From: Sulfolobaceae archaeon
GTDB lineage: Archaea; Thermoproteota; Thermoprotei_A; Sulfolobales; Sulfolobaceae
Assembly (NCBI GenBank): GCA_038893355.1
Contig: JAWARQ010000002.1
Span: forward strand, 32,001 to 96,000
Reading direction: 5' to 3'
DNA: 64,000 nucleotides
Below the pieces are notes generated by a model that saw only the letters and a list, made by a program, of their open reading frames with translations, was not told where the DNA came from and did not search any database. The first letter of the stretch is position 1. Every line of letters begins with the position of its first letter. Shown piece after piece: positions 57,661 to 64,000 of this stretch. Position numbers and translations under genes: made by a program.

Positions 57661-58611
57661 ATGAGGTTTATGCCAAATAAGGAGGGTAGTAGTATAAGAA
57701 GGATCCAAAAAATTAAGGGTGGTAGCTATATTATAAGCATACCACCCGACTGGATAAGAAGAAATGGTTTAGATGTGAAAAGTGAAGTTGAAGTAATAGA
57801 AACCTCTGAGGGTCTTATAATCAGACCTATTAAACCTAAAGAGGCTGTTAAAGAAATAAAGTTCACGAATATCGAGACTGTTGAATACTTAATAACTGCA
57901 TACTACATGCAAGGTGCTTCAAGAATAATTATTAGGGGAGAGAGGATTATTAGACCAGAGGACAAATTAAGGCTGAAAAACCTTCAACTTGAATTACCAG
58001 GGCTTGAGGTTGAAGAGGAAGGATTTGATAGTATTATATTTAGAGTAAATTACTCTTTAGACACTGATATAAAGTCTTCAGTATCTAATTTTGCTACAAG
58101 AATTGGCGACCTTATAAGTGATTTAAAAAAGGCGATAGAGAGTTCTGATAGGGCAATGGCTGAAGATATTAAATTAAGAGTAGATGAATTAATGAAAAGG
58201 TATAGAACGATAATTAGACAAATAGCGTTAATAATACAATTAAATTATTTTGTACTACCATTCAAAGATATTGTGCTTTTTGCAATAGCTATGAGGGATA
58301 TGGGGAGAATAATACATCATATAAAAACATGTGCAATGATTTTATCAAAATGCGAAAAAATATCTAATGAAATAGTAAAGGAGATAGAAGAAATAGCAGA
58401 GTTATTTAGGAAATCATTTAAAGTATTTGATGTAGAAGACCTTTCATTAATTCCGGAAATTAGAAGAAAAACAAAGGAATTGTATTCTATAAATGAAAAA
58501 ATAATAAGGAATAATCATTGTTCAAGTGAAATTGCAAAAGAATTAAATAGAATGCTCAGTTACATTATTGCATTAATGGATGATGGAGTTCATAAGAGTG
58601 TGCGAATTTAA
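57661..58611 (+). CDS. AbrB/PhoU-domain regulator
   Basis: RRIQKIKGGSYIISIP N-terminus; PhoU-like helical bundles. Confidence 0.82.
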   Translation: MRFMPNKEGSSIRRIQKIKGGSYIISIPPDWIRRNGLDVKSEVEVIETSEGLIIRPIKPKEAVKEIKFTNIETVEYLITAYYMQGASRIIIRGERIIRPEDKLRLKNLQLELPGLEVEEEGFDSIIFRVNYSLDTDIKSSVSNFATRIGDLISDLKKAIESSDRAMAEDIKLRVDELMKRYRTIIRQIALIIQLNYFVLPFKDIVLFAIAMRDMGRIIHHIKTCAMILSKCEKISNEIVKEIEEIAELFRKSFKVFDVEDLSLIPEIRRKTKELYSINEKIIRNNHCSSEIAKELNRMLSYIIALMDDGVHKSVRI

Positions 58612-59158
58612 TAGCTTCTAAAAATGTCCTCTTATTCTCCTCACCCTTAATAACATTTAAGAAATGTTCTTCTGAAATTAGGTCTTTAAAAGCACCTAGA
58701 CCTATTAAAAAACCTAAAACTGCTATGTTAACACCCCTAGGATTTTTAGTATTTTCAGCAATTTCATTTGCACTAATCCAGATTTTCTTAAAACCGTTAA
58801 GTTTCTTATCTATCTCCTCAAAATTTAAGACTTTTACCTTCGGTAATACCGGCCTTATGATACTCTTATTTATTATAATAACTGTCTTATACTTTGAAGC
58901 ATAGTTTATATTTCTTAAAACTTCCATTGCTTCAAGACCCAAAAGATAATCTGCTTCACCAAATGGGATTAAAGGCGCATAAACCTTATCACCTATTCTA
59001 ACATGCACATTCACTGCTCCACCTCTTTGTGCTAAGCCATGCGTTTCGGCTACAATCGCTTTTAAACCTGCGTTTAAGGCTGCATTAGCTAAAATCTTTC
59101 CTAAAGTTATTATACCCTGACCACCGATTCCTGCGATTAATATATTTACTTTAACCAT
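58565..59158 (-). CDS. iorB: Indolepyruvate ferredoxin oxidoreductase beta subunit
   Basis: [16 protein letters not shown]. Confidence 0.92.
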   Translation of the reverse strand: MVKVNILIAGIGGQGIITLGKILANAALNAGLKAIVAETHGLAQRGGAVNVHVRIGDKVYAPLIPFGEADYLLGLEAMEVLRNINYASKYKTVIIINKSIIRPVLPKVKVLNFEEIDKKLNGFKKIWISANEIAENTKNPRGVNIAVLGFLIGLGAFKDLISEEHFLNVIKGEENKRTFLEAIKFAHSYELHHPLMQ

Positions 59159-60951
59159 AAATCCCAGCCTTCTGGATATTCTCCCTCAATACTTATCGCC
59201 TTAAATGGACAAATAGGTACACATGCACCACATCCGATACATAGCTTATTATCAATTATAGCCTTCTTGTTATCTAAAGGAATAATTGCAGGACAAGTAA
59301 AGTAATCATAGCATATGCTACATCCAGTACACTTATTTAAATCAACTTTAGCCCTTGGCAAATCACCTTTTATATTATCTAAAACATCTAATGCACATGC
59401 CCTCTTTGCTATTACAACTGCAGGCTTGAAATTCTTTTTAACCCATTTTACTGCTTCCGAAATTTTTTTAATAGATTCAGTGTAATTAAATGGATCTATT
59501 ACTTCTACGTATTCCACTCCCAAACCCTTTACAACCTTTTCTATATCGATCTTCTTAGATGGACTAGGTTGTTGGCCCGTCATTGCTGTAGCTCTGTTAT
59601 CTAGTATAATAATAAGTATAGGTAATTCATTATACACAGCATTAGCTATTCCAGATAAGCCAGAATGGAAAAATGTAGAATCACCGATAATTGCAACAGG
59701 GATTTCATTGGTAGCTCTATACACACCATTAGCTATTCCTAAACTAGAACCCATTTCTAAAGAAGTATCTTGCATATTAAACGGCGGAAGTACACCTAAA
59801 GTATAACAACCTATATCACCTGAGAAAAACGTAGTATTCAATGAACCCATTATTAAACCTTTCTTTAAATCAACATATGTAGACCTATGAGGACATCCTG
59901 CGCATAACGCTGGAGGCCTAGGGGGTACTTCAGGATTTAAAGGTTCTGGAATTGGAGTCTGTATATTAAAAAGCTTTCCTATTGCATATCTAACTCTATC
60001 TATAGTTAACTCTCCTATCCTTCCTATTAACTCTTTTCCATAAACTTTTATCCTAATCCCCTCATCATAGAGAATATCTTTAAGTTGCATCTCGACTATA
60101 GGCTCTAACTCCTCTACAACCAGTACTCTCTCAACGCCATCAATTGCTTTTAATATACAATCTTTAGATAGCGGTACTGGTACTGTAAGTCTTAGTATCT
60201 TACATTTTATCGCTAATTCCTCTACAACCTCTTTAACATATGCATATGCAATCCCGGAAGCAATTATTAAAGTAGAGCCATCGCCTTCAATTTCATTTAA
60301 TTTCGAGACGATCTCTTTTGCCCTTTCCCATCTTTTTAACTGTTCTTTCCTTAGCCTTCTTGCATTTTCTGGTACAAGCACATATCTTGAAGGATCTTTA
60401 ATTAATTTTCCTTTAATAGGCTTCTTAGGCGGTAATAGCTTTACCGGACCCCTAACATGACTCACCCTAGTTGTGGTTCTAAATATTATTAAAGATTTAA
60501 GTTCATCACTTATTTCAAATGCCTTAATTACTAAATCATATGCACTTTGAGGATCATAAGGTTCTATAACTGGTACTAGAGCATGCAATCCATAATATCT
60601 ATTATCTTGTTCATTTTGAGAAGACCACATTGAAGGATCATCAGCTGAAACTACAACTAAAGCTCCTTCAACTCCACTATAACTAGCACTCATTAATGCA
60701 TCTGAAGCAACATTTAAACCTACATGTTTCATTGCTACAATAGCTCTTGCACCAGTAATTGCTGCGCCAAAAGCAGTCTCAAAAGCTAATTTCTCATTAG
60801 AACTCCATTCAACATAAACTTCCTCGCCGTATTGCTTTAAAGTTTCAATTATTTCAGTTGAAGGAGTCCCTGGATAACCTGCAGCAACTGCAACACCAGC
60901 AGAAAGTGCACCAAAAGCTATTGCCTCATTACCTAGCAGCAATCTTAGCAT
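59146..60951 (-). CDS. iorA: Indolepyruvate ferredoxin oxidoreductase alpha subunit
   Basis: [26 protein letters not shown], two ferredoxin motifs. Confidence 0.94.
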   Translation of the reverse strand: MLRLLLGNEAIAFGALSAGVAVAAGYPGTPSTEIIETLKQYGEEVYVEWSSNEKLAFETAFGAAITGARAIVAMKHVGLNVASDALMSASYSGVEGALVVVSADDPSMWSSQNEQDNRYYGLHALVPVIEPYDPQSAYDLVIKAFEISDELKSLIIFRTTTRVSHVRGPVKLLPPKKPIKGKLIKDPSRYVLVPENARRLRKEQLKRWERAKEIVSKLNEIEGDGSTLIIASGIAYAYVKEVVEELAIKCKILRLTVPVPLSKDCILKAIDGVERVLVVEELEPIVEMQLKDILYDEGIRIKVYGKELIGRIGELTIDRVRYAIGKLFNIQTPIPEPLNPEVPPRPPALCAGCPHRSTYVDLKKGLIMGSLNTTFFSGDIGCYTLGVLPPFNMQDTSLEMGSSLGIANGVYRATNEIPVAIIGDSTFFHSGLSGIANAVYNELPILIIILDNRATAMTGQQPSPSKKIDIEKVVKGLGVEYVEVIDPFNYTESIKKISEAVKWVKKNFKPAVVIAKRACALDVLDNIKGDLPRAKVDLNKCTGCSICYDYFTCPAIIPLDNKKAIIDNKLCIGCGACVPICPFKAISIEGEYPEGWDLWLK

Positions 60952-61144
60952 TTTATATCTAAAGCTATTTATAATTTATATAAAATAAATCTTTATAACA
61001 TGCCATTCTGAAAACATTTAAATACATATATTTAGACCTTGATAAAACATATAAGATTATAAAAACCTTTATATAATTTTTTAACACATTATTTTGATTA
61101 TAAAGGTTAGACTAATAAGGCTCTAAAAAGAATATAAAGTAATA

Positions 61145-61606
61145 ATGACCATTATAGTTAGAAAGACGCATAAAAAGGGTGAAAAAAGAATATGGATAAG
61201 AATTGGGGAAAGTCCACCAGTAATAAAAGAGGGTAAAATTAAGGATGGAGCATTCTTCGTAATAGTTGGAGATGATGAAGGTGAAAAGAAAATTCGATTG
61301 ACAGATCAAGAGGCTTTAGATATCGCGAACAGGATAATTATAGCATATAGAAAGCATATAAGGCAATATATGGAGCTAGATAAAATGGCTTATGCCGAAT
61401 ATAAGCAAAGAGTTAAAGAGGAGGAAAAGATTTCAGAAAAAGAGATTGAACTTGAATTATTAGAGTACCTCATTAAGAATAAGGGGGAGGTTAATATAGA
61501 AGATTTAAGAAAAGATTTAGGCGTGAAACATGCAGATGAAGTATTTCGTCTTGAAAGAAAAGGGATAGTAAAAATAATTGAAAATAAAGTTAGATTACTT
61601 ATTTAA
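61145..61606 (+). CDS. Hypothetical protein, possible C-terminal winged helix
   Basis: 153-aa ORF; L..L...G.V....L...LERKG pattern. Confidence 0.65.
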   Translation: MTIIVRKTHKKGEKRIWIRIGESPPVIKEGKIKDGAFFVIVGDDEGEKKIRLTDQEALDIANRIIIAYRKHIRQYMELDKMAYAEYKQRVKEEEKISEKEIELELLEYLIKNKGEVNIEDLRKDLGVKHADEVFRLERKGIVKIIENKVRLLI

Positions 61607-63772
61607 AAGTTTAAGAATAAGTTCTGGCTTAACTGGCATAAGATTAATTACTTCACCTATTGCATCTTCTATAGCACTGACTATAGTTGGTGTTGATATT
61701 ATTGTTGGTAACTCTCCAATACCTTTAGAGCCTAATGGAGTAGCTGATCTTGCAAGAGATATAGGAGTCCACGAGACCTTAGGCATTTCATATGAAGTTA
61801 ATATTGCATAATCTGCTAAATTTGAGTTTACAAGTATACCGTTTTCATCATAAACAGCCTCCTCAAGTAATGCCTGCCCAATACCCTGGGCTATACCACC
61901 ATGCACTTGCCCTTCTGCTAATAATGGATTTACAACTACTCCCACGTCATCGAAAGCTTTATATTCTAATATTTTGACAAACCCAGTCTCCCTATCAACC
62001 TCTACTAATGCTAAATGAATCCCATATGGTGTAGTATAGTCTTTCATGACATAAACTGACGATTCCTCTGGCATAATCCCCATTCTTAATGCCTCTCTTG
62101 CAACCTTTCCTAAATCCATAGTATCTCCATTTCTTCTATTTATAAATTTCCCTTCTCTATATTCAACTTCATCTAAGCTTACACCAAACTTCTCAGAAGC
62201 AATCCTCTTCAATTTTTCTAAAAGTTTAACGGAGGCATCGTATACTGCAGAACCTCCTACTGTAAGAGTTCTACTACCTGCAGTAAGATAACCTTGTGAT
62301 ATTAATTCAGTATCTCCCCATAAAACCTCTATATTTTCTGGCGAAATATCGAAAACTTCAGCAGTAACTTGTGCAAAAGCAGTAGCATCTCCTTGCCCTT
62401 GTGGACCACCACCAGTTATAACTACTAATTTTCCATTAGGATTTACTCTAACCTTAGCAGTACCATAAGGACCAAAGGATGCTATTTCAATGGGAAATGC
62501 TATACCTAAACCTACTAATCTTCCCTTTTTCCTTAATTCGTCTCTATACTGCTTAAGCTCCTCATAAACAGACTTTACGCGATTCATGAACTCCTTATAT
62601 TCTCCGCTATCAATATAGATTCCTGTCGGCGTAGTATAATTATATACTCTATCTAGAGTATTTCTCTCCCTAATCTGCCATCTATCAATACCTAAGCTTC
62701 TTGCTATTATATCCATTAATCTTTCAGAGAAATATGCAGCCTCAGGCCTACCTGCACCTCTATATGCACCTATGAAGGTTTTATTCGTATTAACACCATA
62801 AACGTTAATTCTTACATTAGGAATATTATAGTGACTTACAATAAGTCTACCAGCTATATCACTCATCCAAAATGAGTCTTCATTAATAGCTGGATTTGGT
62901 GCACCTAAATCGTGTATAATGACCCCATCAATTCCTAAAATTCTACCATAAGAATCAACAGCAACCTTATACTTAAATTTCATGTCTCTACCATGATTAG
63001 TTGATATCATATCTTCTGTTCTAGTATTAAAGAATTTCACTGGCCTATTTAACATAACGGCAAGATATGCAATTACAAATTCTTCGGGATAAATAATTAT
63101 TTTACTACCAAAAGCTCCTCCAACAAAAGGTTGTATCACCCTAACTTCCCCAATACTGAAATGGCTAGCAATAACTTCTTCAATTTCTTTTTTTAATGAA
63201 AATGCGTCTTGAGTGCTACTCCATATCGTGAGCCTTTTCCCATCAAAGTGTGCTATTGCCCCTCTCGGTTCCATTGCGAGTGGAATGACGCGCTGATTCA
63301 CTAACGTACCACTAATTATCTTGTATGCCCTCGCAAAAGCAGATTCTACATCGCCATATTCAATTTTACTTTCTTTGAATATATTCGTTTGAAGATCTGA
63401 CCTAACTTTTGGAGAATTTTTATCCATAGCTCTTTCTGGGTCTAGAACTGGCTCTAGTGGCTCATATTCTACTTCAACTTGCTCAGCCAAATCTCTAGCC
63501 TTATACTCGTCATCAGCAACTACTACAGCAATAGGTTCCCCGAAATATGTTACTTCATCTTTTGCAAGACCAATTTCTACTGAAAAATCTTTTGCAGTAT
63601 AGCAACCGGAAGGGCAATTAGATATCTTGAATTTAGCATGTGCATATTTACTCCTTATAAAGACTGCATAAAGCATTCCTGGCAATGAAATGTCATTTAC
63701 ATAGTTTCCCTTACCCTTAATTAAAACAGGATCCTCAATAATTCTCTTAATCGGTTTTCCGATATATTTCAT
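61595..63772 (-). CDS. Molybdenum hydroxylase large subunit (CutA/CoxL-like aldehyde oxidoreductase)
   Basis: GGAFGSK, AYRGAGRPE, GQVHGG, KGIGE. Confidence 0.92.
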   Translation of the reverse strand: MKYIGKPIKRIIEDPVLIKGKGNYVNDISLPGMLYAVFIRSKYAHAKFKISNCPSGCYTAKDFSVEIGLAKDEVTYFGEPIAVVVADDEYKARDLAEQVEVEYEPLEPVLDPERAMDKNSPKVRSDLQTNIFKESKIEYGDVESAFARAYKIISGTLVNQRVIPLAMEPRGAIAHFDGKRLTIWSSTQDAFSLKKEIEEVIASHFSIGEVRVIQPFVGGAFGSKIIIYPEEFVIAYLAVMLNRPVKFFNTRTEDMISTNHGRDMKFKYKVAVDSYGRILGIDGVIIHDLGAPNPAINEDSFWMSDIAGRLIVSHYNIPNVRINVYGVNTNKTFIGAYRGAGRPEAAYFSERLMDIIARSLGIDRWQIRERNTLDRVYNYTTPTGIYIDSGEYKEFMNRVKSVYEELKQYRDELRKKGRLVGLGIAFPIEIASFGPYGTAKVRVNPNGKLVVITGGGPQGQGDATAFAQVTAEVFDISPENIEVLWGDTELISQGYLTAGSRTLTVGGSAVYDASVKLLEKLKRIASEKFGVSLDEVEYREGKFINRRNGDTMDLGKVAREALRMGIMPEESSVYVMKDYTTPYGIHLALVEVDRETGFVKILEYKAFDDVGVVVNPLLAEGQVHGGIAQGIGQALLEEAVYDENGILVNSNLADYAILTSYEMPKVSWTPISLARSATPLGSKGIGELPTIISTPTIVSAIEDAIGEVINLMPVKPELILKLLNK

Positions 63773-63841
63773 GCTACTAGCTGATAGTTCTAGATAATTA
63801 TAAATTCTACTTATAATCTACTATTAAAAGTACTAATTAGA

Positions 63842-64000
63842 ATGAGGAACAGTTTAAAGAAACTAAGTATAGGCATAATATTGTTAGTGATTGCACTAGT
63901 GACTGATATTGTATTCTCGTCTGTTATACCTAATTTGCTTGCATTGATAATTTCCTTATCCTTAGCTATAGCTGGTGCAATAATAGGTCTCAGAGGTCTA
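63842..64000 (+). CDS. Small membrane protein (5' part, runs off window)
   Basis: MRNSLKKLSIGIILLVIAL... open to window end, two hydrophobic segments. Confidence 0.6.
   Translation, partial: MRNSLKKLSIGIILLVIALVTDIVFSSVIPNLLALIISLSLAIAGAIIGLRGL

Overview
This is an AT-rich chromosomal segment of a Sulfolobales-type crenarchaeon, judged from archaeal information-processing genes, a tRNA with an intron and TATA-box promoters. Most of it is core genome: nuoD/C/A, thyX, sod, XPD, a full shikimate/chorismate operon with split transketolase, RecJ-like/Cdc45-Pcc1-rpl10e-dph2-csl4-rpoL-tfs, tRNA-Arg(TCT), pelota, lysS, alaX, the aIF1A-rio1-KH operon, aconitase, FAU-1, Elp3 and two methyltransferases, and an aryl-acyl-CoA catabolic cluster (IorAB, PaaK-like ligase, thiolase, crotonases, a di-iron ferritin-like protein). 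The standout is an accessory island at about 38.6-42.1 kb, next to tRNA-Ser(GCT). It holds a three-gene operon of a 50-aa peptide, a PqqE-like radical SAM/SPASM enzyme that has lost all AuxI cysteines, and an MFS transporter, which reads as a candidate archaeal RiPP cluster. The operon lies inside a unit bounded by 74-bp imperfect inverted repeats (59/74 identical) and a 7/8 target-site-like duplication, with a nested MITE and an ISH3-type transposase relic. Secondary leads are a gene split at an A_AAA_AAG -1 slippery site, a Trm9-like methyltransferase overlapping Elp3, and a possible stand-alone di-iron oxygenase in the paa-like cluster. All product calls come from motif recognition; no database searches were run.
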